Shown here: positions 21,611 through 35,468 of the stretch, one piece after another
Position numbering within the stretch: the stretch's first letter is position 1
How the letters are laid out: every line of letters starts with the position of its first letter
Source: Octopus bimaculoides
Taxonomy: Eukaryota
Assembly: GCF_001194135.2 (NCBI RefSeq)
Contig: NC_068992.1
Location: 61,843,436-61,902,830 of the forward strand
Direction: 5' to 3'
DNA length: 59,395 nt
Made by a program: the position numbers and the translations under genes
Notes under the pieces: model-generated
What the model was told of the DNA's origin: nothing
What the model saw: the letters and a program-made list of their open reading frames with translations, nothing else
The model's database searches: none

Positions 21611-24123
21611 GTACAACAGTGTAAGACTATCCTCTCAGGTATACTTACATTGTGATTTCTGCAATGTGGTGCATAAATTGTCAAGTAAATGAGACGCATC
21701 TTTGCCTCCACTGATTCACTTGCAAATGTAAGATGATGCTAGACATGTTGAACCGGCATCGATGGAAAACACTGAAGAAAAGATAGGAATGTAGTTTACA
21801 TTGTTTATTTCGTCACAGTTACATTCACGTTGTTGGTTACTTGAAACAAATATGCTGCTACATAATGCAGCCAACTACTTTGAATCGGTGAAGTTGTGTA
21901 CTCAGAGAAATGTGCATAGTAAAACGGAGGAAAGTGAATGTTGATGGGATGAGACAGTACAAAGACATACTTTGTGTCTGTGTATGCATTTGCCCATTGC
22001 TTCGGCTGTGTTGTCTCTCTTTACATTGTTGCCCTGTCTGGTCTGTAGCATTCTATCTGGTTGCTCTCAGCTCACCCTGTTGACTCACCTTGCTGACTGT
22101 TGGCTCACCCTGCTGTCTGTTTGTGTCGCCTATGGAACTCATATTTATAATGGCCCATTCTAGCTAAAAGGATAGATGTACCATTATAAGTGTGGCTTGT
22201 ATCTTTTTAGGTCTCTTGCAGTCCATCTAAACTTTCTGTGACACAGCCAGGTCAGAAGTCGAGTGGAAACTCATCCATCAGTTTTGATAGAACAAAGAAA
22301 TTTTTCCCACCTGGTCAGCCAATAACAAGCAAGAATTCTTAGATTTGGATTAGAATCTCAGCTTGGAAAATAAAATGTAGTTTCCACACTACCTCCAGTG
22401 AGTGAGCCAAAGAGATTGAACAATACAGATGTGTGTGAAATTGAAAATACATGTACAAACAATAATTGAATACTTGTCAAAACAGGTGAAGGAAAAGAAT
22501 GCAAAAATATGGAGCAAAATGTTTTGAAAACAAAGCAAAATATATGTGCATGCAAGAAAATGTTATTTCATAGAAATAAAAATGGTCAAGCAAAAAGTTT
22601 GTTGATTAAATGTCCAATTTTGAAAGGTTATTTGTTGGTGAAGGTAATACAAGGCTGAAAAAAATTGTGCACATCAGGAGAGAGAATCGTGAGAATGTGT
22701 AGAGGACAGGCATCTATTCATGTGAGTCCAAATAGCAGCGTCACTTTGTGTGTGCGGAACGCAAAGTATGCCAGTTGGTGTGCACCTGTGGTAGTAAGTG
22801 AGCATATGCAAGGGTGTATACATGAGAGCGAGAGAAAGTCCTGCAGCTGTGAAATAAACTGGGGCGAGTGAGTGTGTGCATTCTCAATCAATGATATCAG
22901 CAAAAGTTTTCTTGCAGGATTGCATTTTGTGTGAAAATACCTTGAAAGGAGTGCAGAAGCAAAATGTGTCTGGTGTTGATGTATTGTGGGCATTTGCTAA
23001 GATTAGCCAGGACAACAACAGTGTGGCATGTTGCATAGGACAGACAGTTTTCTCTATTGACTTTGTGACCGACAAGGGTTGAACAAAGGCAAGTTTTGTC
23101 TGATGGACACAGAAAGCATGAGCTGACAACTGACGTGTGTCGAGTCAAGAAAAAGAGTTGAGTGGGCACAAGACATGAGAAAATTACTCTAAAGGTATTA
23201 TATTGTGGTGCATGTGGGTGAAAGTAAAGAATATGTACACCACCTTTTTTTTTTCTTTTCTAAAATTTTTTCAGATTTCTGTTTTCAATATAAGAGAATA
23301 CAATTTTGGCCAAAAATCACATTTTCAAAATTTTAATTTCCCCCACCCTACCCCAATTTCTTAATTTTTAACTTTAAAAAAATTTTTTTTTAATCCACAT
23401 AGAAAAATACAGAGATTACATAAATCTGGAATTTTTATATTTTTTAAACTTTTAATTTTTCTTTAAGAAGCATTTGTTGCCTCTTCCACCCAACTACCAG
23501 TGCGTAACTGATATTTATTTGATCAACCCAGAAAGGATGAAAGGCAAAGTCGACCTTGGCGGAAGTTTGCCTTTCTGCAAACATAACTTATTCTACCAGT
23601 CACTTTTGCCAAACTGCAAAGTTGCAGGAATGTAAAGAAGCTGATATTGGTTGTCAGCAAGTGGCATGGGATACACACACTCTAGTGTGTGTGTGATGAT
23701 GGTGGCTATCCACTCATGACTGCAACAGACCATCACAGACTATTGTCCATGCAAAATGTCAGCAATGACTGTGCATAAGGTTATTGCGCCAGCAGTCTCC
23801 TTCACCTGGGTTCATGCCTGCAGCTTCCATGCTCATCACAATGCCCGCCTACTCGACTGGACATCAGAAAGTTGCCTTGCCAGTGATTGCACAACCGAAG
23901 ATTCTTGGTCCAATAAGGCTTGCACAGCACCTCACAGACTTTCTCCAGCGTGCTGACATGATCCCGAGGTAAGCTAAGGCAAAATATCCAGTGCTAATGT
24001 GTTGAAGGCTCAGGAATGTGGGAACACCATGACCTTAAGTGCTTTATTCTTATCAACTCCCCAACCCAAAAAAGATGAAAGGCAAAGTTGACTTGATGGA
24101 ATTTGAACTCAGAATGTAAAAGT

Positions 24124-24281
24124 GCAGGCATGGTTGTGTGGTAAGATGCTTGCTTCCTAACCACATGGTTCCAGGTTCAATCCCACTGCATGGCATCTTG
24201 GGCAAGTGTCTTCTACTATGGCCTTGGGCCGACCAAAGCATTGTGAGTGAATTTGGCAGACAGAAACTGAAAGAAGCCTGT

Positions 24282-24316
<35 letters not shown>

Positions 24317-24515
24317 GTGTGTCTGTGTTTGTCCCACCACCGTCACTTGACAACTGATGATGGTGAGTTTACATCCCCATAAGTTAATGGTTTGGCAAAA
24401 GAGACTGATAATATAAGAACCAGGCTTACAAAGAATAAGTCAATTTCTTCATCTAAAACCCTTTAAGGTGGTGCTCCAGTATGGCTGCAGTCAAATGACT
24501 GAAACAAGTAAAAGA
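24124..24515 (+). mobile_element. tRNA-derived SINE, long family, near full length
   Basis: GGCATGGTTGTGTGGTAAGATGC..GGTTCAATCCC head, (TA)n core, ATGACTGAAACAAGTAAAAGA tail. Confidence 0.85.
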
Positions 24516-27500
24516 GTGAAAGAGCTGGAAGAAAAACTGCTCAGCATTTTGTCTGATGTGCCAACTATTCTGCCAGCTTGCTGTCATTTTCTTATTTCAT
24601 CACAAACCCAGCAGTTTTAGGACAGTCTCAGTCGATTGTATCAAAGCCAATACTTGCAGCCTTAATGATATTATCGTAGAGAGTGCATGGGTACACCAAA
24701 AGCTATTGGAAAAGGATAGAATGGGACAGAAAGCAGCAGTAAGTCATGTAGAGAAAGACAGCAATGAAAGACAAAGTTACCTGCTCAGTATACAGCATAA
24801 AACAAAAAGACAGCGAACAGTAAACAAGCCATAACTTGCTGTTGACTTCTCTCATTCATCTCCTTTATACAAGTCTGTCTGTCTCCCTCTCTCTCTCTGT
24901 CAGCCTGTCTCAAATTCTATGGCTACCTCTTGAGCAGCCACAGTTTTATATTGGGTTCATTGCATGGAATTCCTACCTGCATTATTTCTATATATCAAAT
25001 ATGGCCTCTGTCTAGATGGTGTCGAAATTTTGTATTTTTTTCTGCTGAAACTTTCGTCCTTGCTAGGTTAACTTTTCAACAGATTTTCAGAAGAGTTACC
25101 TCATACATCGTGTTGAAGGAAACGGTTAGAAGAAGTAGATGTCAGGGAGGGTATAAAAATCTTTCTATCTTTTATCTTTTACTTGTTTCATTCATTTGGC
25201 TGTGGCCATGCTAGGACACTACCTTGAAGGGTTTCAGTTGAATAAATTGACCTCAGGACTTATTTTTATTCTTAAGCTGAGTACTTATTCAATTGGTCTC
25301 ATTTACTGAACTGCTGAATTATAGGAATGTAAACACACCAACATCTGTTGTCAAGTGGTGGTTGGGGAAAATCACCAACACAAAAACACACACATAAATA
25401 TATACATATACAAATGCGACAGGCTTCTTTCAGTTTCTATCTACCAAATCCACTCATGAGGCTATTGTAGAAGACACTTGCCTAAGATGCCATGCAGTGT
25501 AAGTGAACCTGGAACCATATGGTTGGGAAACAAGTTTCTGACCACACAGCCATGCCCATGCCTCCATACAACTGTACTCATGAAAAAACTGTTTTTTCAT
25601 AATTGTTATTAGTGAAGTATGAAATACAGGAATACTTTCCAAGTGGACCAAAAAATTTTAAAGAAGAAAAGGAGCTGGAACTAATCTATGAAATGTAGGA
25701 CATTTGCTGCGAAACTCCACCCTGACTTTCTTTCTTGATTAAACAGTTTATTCCATTTAAGAATTGTTTCATCATCATCGTTTTCATGTCACTTATTCCA
25801 TGCTTGCGTGGGTTAGACAGAATTTGTTGAGGTAGGTTTTCTACACCTGGATGTCCTTCATGGTACCTGACAAGCTTTTAGCAGAATGTTGGAAGTGAAT
25901 GAATCCACTTATATGACAGTGACACTCATTTACAACTGTTCCACAATGTCAAGGCAAGAAGGTAGACATGCACACACACAAACACACACATGCACGCGCG
26001 CACACAAACACACGTGCATGCATGCACACACACACATATACAAGGGCACACACACACATGCACAAAAACACATATACATGCACACACACACAAACACATA
26101 CATAAATGCACATAAGCACATGCACACACACATAAACACACATAAACACATACACGCACACACATCACCACCACCACCACCTCCCACTGAAATTATGTAT
26201 TTGGAAAGTGAACTTAACTACATAGTTATGCCTTTTGCTGATTGAGACCACTATTAGAGTCTGGGTGGGGGTTCTTTGTCTTCTTTTATCTTATCACACT
26301 GCTACTGATAACCTTATTTTTATCTTATCAAAAATAGTCATATCTAAATTGCACATTACTGAGAAAATGACATTGACCTTTGACTTCTGACCTCGTTAAA
26401 AGTTCAGCTCAAATTTCAGTTCTCTCAATGACACTACAACATAGATCTGAAAGTTTTTCACATGATAATTTTTGTAAGGTAAACCTCTTTCAAAATAACA
26501 TTTTTGGGACCCAATATGCTTTCAACACAATGCGCATTGAATAAAACACTATTTTAAGATATTAATATGTGTGTGACAGAGAGAGAGAGAGAGTAAAGAA
26601 GTTACAATTATGTGTTGAGGTAGTTATTTAGTTTTATACTTAGAGGTTTTATGTCAATATAACAAATGTGGATTATTTTTTAAAGCAGAACAGATCAAAA
26701 CAGTTTTTAAAGCTGACAAACCGAAGTAGTTTGTAATTAACCCACACTAGAATAATTATTAAACAATTATAAAAAAAAACTTCTGAAATTGTATGTCATT
26801 ACTCTTGCACACAATGACTCACAAAGAGTGACATACACAGACAAACATAATACAGGGGTTGGACAAAATAATTGGAACAATAAAAACTGATATAATGTCG
26901 GATAAATATAATGTTATATCGGATAAATATAATGATAATAACTAGAATGAGATTGCATCTAGAAAGTTCTCCTCTGAGACACAAGTGTGGGCAAGGTTGT
27001 TTTATGGAAGACCAACAGTAGCCCAGACATACCAGTCCCCACTCCTTGCCACCAATGTTGTTCAAGGGGAAGGCAAAAACTGATACAACTTGGTACCATT
27101 GATGTCGAAGTTCATTTCTACAGCTAAGTGAACTGGAACAATGTGAAATAAAGTGTCTTGCTCAAAAATACAATATACAGCCTAGACAAGGAATGAAACT
27201 CACAACCTCAGAATTGTAAGCCCAACACTCTAACCACTGAGCTATATGCCTTTTGAGTGTGTACACACACATATAATATACGCAATACAAATGGACTTCC
27301 TACAGTTTCTGCCAATTACATTCTCTCATAAGGCATTGGCTAGCTCAGAATTATAGTAGTAGACACTTGTCCAAGATGCCACACAGTGGGACTGAACTCA
27401 AAACCACATTGTTACTAAGCAAACTTCTTAACCTCATAACCATGCCTATACATAGGTGTGTGAGTGTGTTTGTATTTCTGTCTGTCCTGATATTGAATTG

Positions 27501-27564
27501 ATTGTGCCATGGGAAAATAATATAATCATATTTCTTCTATTAGCTTTTATTTTTTGTATTTTAC

Positions 27565-28030
27565 TTGTTTCAGTCATTAGACTGCGGCCAGGCTGGGGCA
27601 CTTCCTTGAAGAATCTTTAGTTGAATGAATCAACCCCCAATCCTTTCTTTTTTTTTGCCTTGTATGCATTCTCTTGGTCAGTTTTGCTGAACCACGAGGT
27701 TACAGAGATGTTAACACACCAGCACTGATTGTCAAGCGGTGGTGGCAGGGTAAACACAGACAGAAAGATACACACACGTGCACACGCGTGCACACACACA
27801 CACACACACACTCAAACATACACACACACACTTACACACTACACATATACACACACACATGAGATATACACAACAGGCTTCATTCAGTTTCCATTTACCA
27901 AATCCACTCACAAGGCTTTGGTCATCTCGAGGCTTTAACTTAAGACACTTGCCCAAAGTGCCATGTAGTGGGACTGAACCCGGAACCATGTGATTGGGTA
28001 ATAAGCTCCTTACTACACAGCCATGCCTGA
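27565..28030 (-). mobile_element. tRNA-derived SINE, long family
   Basis: Reverse-complement homologue of 24124-24515. Further copies lie at about 25190-25560(-), 30143-30515(+) and 30855-31075(-). Confidence 0.85.
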
Positions 28031-28966
28031 GCCTATTTCATAGGAATTCATAAAGAAATTCATGAAATTGACACTCTGTCAGTTATAATGATGGGTGCTC
28101 TAGCTGGTCCAATCAACAGGACAGCATATACATGAAATTAACATGCAAGTGGCTGAGTACACCCACGGCGTATATTCCGTATGGGCAAAGTGTGTGCTGC
28201 ACACCCATCGAAAATAGTAAATTCATTATAAATATTAATATTACTCATTAATTTAATCACAAATCTTAATGGAAGATTTTTGTTGTACCCCTTACTTGAA
28301 ATTTGGTGGTATTAGGTGTGGCAGCATACTCAGTACAACGACCACCATACACCACTGCTGAGCACTCCATAGTTCTCAGGGAGATTCAGTATGGCACAGA
28401 ATGTGACAAGGCTGGCCCTTTGAATTACTGGTACAATTCATTTTTGCCAGCTGAGTGGACTGGAGCAACATGAAATAAAGTGTCTTGCTCAAGGACACAG
28501 TGTGCGGTGGGGTATCAAACTCATGACCTGATGATCATCCGCCAACTACCCTAACCACTAAACCATGTGCCTTCAACAAACACTTAATTGACATAGATAA
28601 TTTTATTTGTTGTGAACTGGGTTAGCATGTGTTTTGATTCAATGAATAACTAGGTCAAAATTGGGAGTGGGGATTTGACACCAAATAATGTCTGTACATG
28701 TGGCCTAACAAGTAGGAATGTGTTGAAAGAAGTTCTTTATTAGAGAATTAACAACTGAAATGTAAGACTCAGGTCACACATCAGATCATGTTATAGTTGT
28801 AAACCCCCCCACCCCGCAAACAAAAAATCCCGTGGGGGGGGGGGGGNNNNNNNNNNNNNNNNNNNNNNNNNNNNNNNNNNNNNNNNNNNNNNNNNNNNNN
28901 NNNNNNNNNNNNNNNNNNNNNNNNNNNNNNNNNNNNNNNNNNNNNNNNNNNNNNNNNNNNNNNNNN

Positions 28967-29010
<44 letters not shown>

Positions 29011-29367
29011 GACATAGTAATCAAAGTACCTACTCCTAATGACCTCACATTAAGACCTATAATAGCAGGTCTTACACGCAAAACTCACCGCCTCAGTAAC
29101 TTTTTAGATTCCCTCTTAAAACCATTCCTCAACCATATCAAAAGCTACATAAGGGATGACCTTGATATGTTCAATCACCTCCCTGAAACAATAAATAAAA
29201 ACACCCTACTAGTATCCTTTGATGTAGTCAACCTCTGTACTAATATCCCCCACCGTCTAAGAATAGAGGCAATCCAATTCTGGTTAGAGAATTACTCCAA
29301 TGAACTCCCACACTGCATCAAAAAAGAATTTGTAATAAAAGGGCTAGAATTCATACATACATCTCCA
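29011..29367 (+). mobile_element. Penelope-like element reverse transcriptase fragment
   Basis: LRPIIAG..THRLSNFLDSLLKPFL..IKSYIRDD..LVSFDVVNLCTNIPH is the PLE RT signature. Confidence 0.88.
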
Positions 29368-29851
29368 CACACAACCCCCTTAACAATGAAGCTTTGACAC
29401 CACCCTCCGAACATTCCTCTACTAAAAAGAAACCACAGAATGAATCTAACTCTCCAAATGCAAATCATCATAAACATCATAAAGAGCAAAAGACAACCCA
29501 AGCCAATGAAAATTTCCTAACACAAGCCCAACTTCTTTGTCTTCAAAGACAACTTCTAACAACAAAAATTGGGGACTGCAATGAGTACAAAACTGGTACT
29601 AAAATGTTCTTCATGATAAAATTATTTTTGCATTTTCTATCTTGTCTTATTTACAAAAAAATGAACTGTAAAAGATCCATAAAGAGGAAAAGCTGTATAG
29701 GCATGTGATGAAGTGGTGATGATGAATTTCTAGAAGAACGGAAGTTTTGAAGGATGTAGTGTCCTGACAACTAATAACAGATGTGAATAGCTTATGCCAT
29801 ACTTTGTAAATTCTGACCATGAAAAAATGAAACGTTTCTGAATGTCATGAA

Positions 29852-29891
29852 TAGGGTTAGGGTTAGGGTTAGGGTTTGAGTTAGGGTTAGG
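29852..29891 (+). repeat. Short interstitial (TTAGGG)n-like array
   Basis: TAGGGTTAGGGTTAGGGTTAGGGTTTGAGTTAGGGTTAGG. Confidence 0.85.
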
Positions 29892-31499
29892 TTTACCCTG
29901 TGGATCTATATAAAAACGGGGGGGGGGGGNNNNNNNNNNNNNNNNNNNNNNNNNNNNNNNNNNNNNNNNNNNNNNNNNNNNNNNNNNNNNNNAAAAAAAA
30001 AAAAAAAAAAAATAAAAATAAGGGGGGAAAGGTTCAGATTACATATAGTCCGTCTCCGCCCATTTAGATATTTGGAATAAAGATCACTGATTCTGCCACT
30101 TCATATACAGTCATAAGGTTTTAACTTAGTATTTATAATACAGGTGCTAGCGTGTCCGTGTGTTAAGAAGCTTGATTCTCAACCACATGATTCCGAGTTA
30201 AGCCCCACAGCGTGGAACCTTGAGTAAGTGTCTTCCGCTATAGCCGACAAAATTCTTGTAAGTGGATTTGGTAGACAGTGACTAAAAGAAGACCATCGTA
30301 GTGTGTCTTTCTGTCTATGTTTGCCCCACCACCACAGCTTGACAACCGGTGTTGGTGTTTTTAAGTCCCCCTAACTTAGCGGCTCGGCAAAAGAGAAGAT
30401 AGTATAAGGTGATACATTCGATTTAACAAAAAAAAACAAAACAAAAAACCCCCCAAAAACCTCAAGTCTGTGCTCCCGCATGACCGCAATCCAATGACTG
30501 AAACAAAAAATAAGACATAAAAGAAACTGCCATAGCGACATTCTTCTTTTTGACTTGGTTGCTATCTAATCTTGGGTTGTACTTTGAATTTCTTGATTTA
30601 GCTCCGTCACATGGCACTTTGAGTGGTTTGAGTGGTTTGGCGGATTCCAGTTTGGTGTCCTGGTTTGAGGATATCCTCCATCCCGTATTCCACCTGTTTT
30701 AAATGTCTGCTTCCTTATTTGACTAAAAGGTTAAAAATTAAACTGCAATAAAATCTCCCTTTTCTTTCTCATTAAATATGTGGGTGCGCATGTACATGAT
30801 ATTTAAATTTTTTTAATTGTTCGAACGAATCGACCCAATTACTCATTTATTTAAGCTTGATACTTTTTCTGGTGGTCTTTTTAGCCGAACCGCTAATTTA
30901 CGAGGACATAAAACAAACCAACACCGGTTGTCAAGTGTTGGTGAGACACACATAAACACAGCCGACTTCTTTCGGCTTCCTTCAACCAAATCCACCCAAA
31001 AGGTTTTGCTCTACCCGAGGCTATAGCAGAAGACATTTGCACAAGGAGTCACGCAGTGGGGCTGAACCCGGAATCACCTCCCATAACAAAAACACAGTTA
31101 CTGAGAAAAGTAAAGAGTTACATTTAACAGCAATGTCTTATGTCGGACCGCTATGATTTCTATTTATTCGCAGCCGCTTCGGGCTTTCCAGTTTCGTTTT
31201 CTATACAACATATAGTTCCTCAACTTTTCAACCTTGCATCATCTCTCTACTTATCACTCTTCCTCTCTTTTACTCTCTCCCTAATTCTCATATACCTCAA
31301 GTTGCAATATATTTAACTGTACAGGACTCGTGCAGCATTACTAAGGGGACATAACTCTGCATGCTTTCGCATGGTTTATAGCTTATTGTAAGTGGCTTCC
31401 TCGTCACTTTTTTATTATTTTTTAAAATTTCTTTCTGGTTTTGTTGAACTAGCAGTTTATTCATACATGGGCGTTTACGAAAACGGAAGAACAGCAACT

Positions 31500-32110
31500 G
31501 ATTACGACACACATGGCAATGGAAATTTTCGTGTTGGGAGCATATTGGAAATGAAGTAATTGGTACTATTCAAGAAGAGTGGTCCCGGTGCGCGCATCTG
31601 TGCTTAGCGGGTTGTAACTAACGAATCCTCCGACTACCTGGCGTGAGTGCGCGTCATGCGCAAAACATGTATGAGGGTTTTTTTAAAACAAAGTAAATAA
31701 TTTTTTTACACAAAGTAAATAATTTATTTAAACAGAGTAAATAAATTATACACTACCTGTTTTTGGTAAAGAGTCCATTAAAAAGTCGGTCTTTGAAAAT
31801 CTACTGTTGTTCAGTAGTATCAGTACACCGGGACCACTCTTCTTGAATAGTACCGAAGTAATTTGAGAACGGACTGGAATGAACGACGTAATTGTGGAAT
31901 ATAGAAAGTTGAAGTTCTGCTGTGCTGGATATGCTGATACAGTTGTCGAATGATATCCAAGAAGTCGGAAGAAGCTTCTTGGAAAAATCTCCAAGACGAT
32001 GGGGAAATGACTGTCAAAGAATTCCAGCCCAAATGGAAGAACAGAGAACAATTAAGGGAGAGTGGAAGTGGATTGTAACCAGCGATGTAAAAGGACATCT
32101 AAGATTCTGG
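31500..32110 (+). mobile_element. RTE LINE 3' relic interrupted by the Merlin MITE
   Basis: With the MITE removed: HIGNEVI*ERTGMNDVIVEYRKLKF..AGY..VE*YPRSRK../SPRRWGND, resembling the RTE C-terminus. Confidence 0.6.
31562..31854. mobile_element. Merlin MITE, 293 bp, perfect 29-bp TIRs and 9-bp TSD
   Basis: TIR GGTACTATTCAAGAAGAGTGGTCCCGGTG at both ends; TSD GAAGTAATT at 31553-31561 and 31855-31863; contains a transposase fragment shared with 18470-18520. Confidence 0.95.
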
Positions 32111-32112
32111 AT

Positions 32113-32144
<32 letters not shown>

Positions 32145-32145
<1 letters not shown>

Positions 32146-32326
32146 AGTAGTACCTCGGTTTCCGAACAACTCTGATGACGAATAAATCGTACTTTATCTC
32201 CTGTCTTTCTCATATTCATCTAATAGAGTAGTACCTCGATTTACGAATAAACCCTATCTGTCTGTCTGTCTAAATAAAGCACGATTTATTCGTGATCAGA
32301 GGTGTTCGTAAACCAAGGTACTACTG
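32145..32326. mobile_element. pogo/Tigger-like MITE, 182 bp
   Basis: 46-bp TIRs starting CAGTAGTACC (42/46 match), with TA on both flanks. Confidence 0.9.
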
Positions 32327-33257
32327 TATATACATACGTGTGTGTCTGTTTGTTCATCACCACCACTTGGTAATTAGTGTGGGTATGTTGAAGTTCTTGT
32401 AACTTAGCGGTTCGGTATGAAAAAGACCGATAGAATAAGTACCAGACTTAAAGACAAAATAAATACTGGGGTCGATTCGTTCGACAAAAATTCTTCAAAG
32501 CAGCGCCCCATCATGGCTGCAGTCTAATGACTGGAACAAGTAACCCTAACCCTAACTCAACCCCATTTCTTAAGTACTCATTTAATTGTTTCCTTATGCC
32601 AGACCGTTATGTTACAGGCATGTAAACACACCCTCACTAATCGTAAATCGGTGGAATAGGGCCAAACATGGATATTCGAATTACTTTAAAAAGAGTTATT
32701 TCCCTTGCATTCTGACAATCGAAACGTTTCGTCTTTCAAACTACATATACACTCGCACATACGTACATACATCCATACGTAAGTAAATATCTAGTTGTTG
32801 TTGTTTGTATTCGGGGAACGTTTTTTAGATGACGAATGTTTATCAACGACAAAAGTGAGAGTGATCAGATATTCACATTCGAATCTGCCAGAACATATGA
32901 ACAAAATCTTCGATCAATTGATGCAAGGGAAGTAACTCTCCATACAATTTGAAATACCAAATTATTTTCCTTTAATTCTTGTACGTACTTGATTAACGCC
33001 AAAAGTGACTATATATATTGGAAATAGTGTACTATGACCATTTAGATAACAATAACCGGCCGATTATATCGATTTCAGATTTTGGCACAAGGCCAGCAGA
33101 GTTGTTTACGCTAACCCCAGTGCACAACCGAATCTGAAAGAATGAAAGGCAAAGTCGAACTCAGAACGAAAATCTGAATAAATGCTGCTTAGCATTTTGT
33201 CCGGTACGGTGATAATTCTGCCCTCAGCTGGCTAATAATATTAAGTAGAGATGAAAA

Positions 33258-33467
33258 GGCGGTGAGCTGGTAGAATTGTTAAAATATCGGGCAAAATGCT
33301 TAGCGGCATTTCGTCCGTCTATACGTTATGGGTTCAAATTCCGCCGAGGTCGACTTTATATGTCATCCTTTCGGAGTCGATAAAATAAGTACCAGTTGAA
33401 CACTGGGGACGATGTAATCGACTTCTCATTCCACGAAAATTGTGCGCCTTGTGCCAAAATTTGAAAC
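33258..33467 (+). mobile_element. tRNA-derived SINE, short family, full length
   Basis: A-box-like TGGTAGAATTG and B-box GGTTCAAATTCC. Other copies lie at about 4968-5160, 5806-5935(-), 8325-8482, 33062-33230(-), 41777-41980 and 46537-46765(-). Confidence 0.85.
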
Positions 33468-34699
33468 AAATTTTAAGTAGAGATATAACATGTTTGGTAC
33501 TAATGAATTTTGATATCACACATTGTTTCATAACGTTACTCGTGATTGTAATAAGCGGCTTCTACTTTATATACTTAAAAAAATTTCTTGGTTTAGTCAT
33601 GCTGGGACACCACATTTGAAGAGTTTTAGTGAATTATATCGACCTTAATACTTACTTTAAATCTATAAGATATATATCTTACCCATCTCTAATTTTCGAA
33701 CTACAAAGTTACAAAACGTGAACAAAGAGCGCAATGGTTTTTCCATGCATTATTAGTGAAAAAACATACACGCATACATATACACTCGCACATACGTACA
33801 TACATCCATACGTATATATGTATACGTACATGCATGCATATACACACATATATACATATATACTAGGAAATTTGATTACACGAAAGCTTCGAGTTCAATC
33901 TACATAAAAGGGAGGATACGTTGTAGTTATGACCTAAGTGAGTTCAGCTTCCTTAGAGTGTCGGGAACTATTGGACCGAAAAGTTAGCATGATAGGAGTT
34001 CTTCTGAAAATTTCTTTTGTTGTCCGTTTGTCCCCTAGCGAGCTTCTGCTTAGCACACAAGCATAAACACATAGATACATACATGCATACCAAAAATCCT
34101 CCACCTGAGATTCGTACCTGAATAGATGTGCATACGTAGGTGTATGCATTGACAGCTCAACCAATACACCGACTCAACCGCATATTTAGAAATGCCAGGA
34201 ACCGGGAACTCTCTTCACTCAAAAATGTCTTGTTGCTTTGTTAACGACTGGCTTGAACACTTTCAAGAAGAACTGAAATAAAGCTCAAAGAAAAATCCGC
34301 CCGTCCATACGTCCGTTCCTTCTTCCCTTCTTCCATCCATCCACCCACCCATCTAAAAAGCATTTGGACCTCATTACTCAGTGTTACAAGAAACTTCAAT
34401 TGCAATCGAGATGTTGGCAGTCTATACTTCTCACGCAAGGATGGTGGCCATGGTCTCAAATCTAAACTGATGTCATATGAAACACGTGTGGTGACAATGA
34501 AACAACATTAGAAGTAGAGGTATTGATTAGAAGTATTGATTAACTTGTTAAAGTTTGTAACCATGAAATCAACAACATAATTAGGACAGCTAATGAGAAG
34601 TATAAAATAGGAGCTGAAACAGAACTCTCCTCAAGGAACATTGATAAAACTTGTTTATCAGAAGAAGAAAAAAAATTGGTTCACTGAGGAGATAGAAAA

Positions 34700-34990
34700 T
34701 GAGTAGATGACAGGAAAAGCACAAACCATAGAAGAGACCGATCGTGTCAAATGCTTGGTATGGATTACCGACAACTTCATGAAATCCCACTTTAAAGGCT
34801 GCCTCTACGCAATTCAAGAACTAGAGTACCTTGATTAGGACCTACATCATAAAAAGGCAGAAAATGTTGACAGACAACAAATGTAGGCTGTGCAAGACGA
34901 AGACTGAAAACATCAACCACATTATTGCCCATTGTGAGAGAATGTCTTCCAGATATTATCTTTCCATGCGGTATAATGTTGTGACCAACG
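34700..34990 (+). mobile_element. R4/Dong-like (RLE-type) non-LTR retrotransposon fragment
   Basis: YAIQE..DNKCRLCKTKTENINHIIAHCERMSSRYYLSMRYNVV is the CCHC knuckle preceding an RLE domain. Confidence 0.75.
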
Positions 34991-35370
34991 GCAGCAATTC
35001 CAGCTATTGTTTATAACATTCAAATTACAGTACATATTTAAGATTTACTTCCATATTCCTCGATGCCACTGGTGTTACATTTTGAATCTAAACAAACGTG
35101 CTTTCTCATTTGTAAATTCAAAGGTCTAATTTGTCTGGCTAGAAGTCGGAAAGTTACTTTAGTGTAATGGTACCACGATTGACTGCATACCAGTAGATGT
35201 ATGGTTCAAATCCTACGGATAGCTTTCTGCTTTTTTCCTGTCTAAGTGGCTTTTAACCGTATGTACTAAAAGCTGTAATTTATAGCTGGATTGACTTTCG
35301 AGGAGCATCTTAACAGTAAGCATCGTTCTCGATACTTCTATTGTTACATTCTATGTCTCTCTCTCTTTCA

Positions 35371-35414
<44 letters not shown>

Positions 35415-35424
35415 NNNNNNNNNN

Positions 35425-35468
<44 letters not shown>

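Noticed and set aside
22600-23170. Higher-GC stretch with several 68-91 aa ORFs
   Set aside because: No splice or start signals and no recognisable domain; possibly an old LINE tail (CPQY..RH-like), but not supportable.
25030-25100. CTGTTGAA..GGACGAAAGT hammerhead-like string on the minus strand
   Set aside because: Helix II and III pairings are too irregular to call.
33258-33350. tRNA-like A and B boxes here and in other SINE heads
   Set aside because: No complete cloverleaf; each continues into a SINE body found in many copies.
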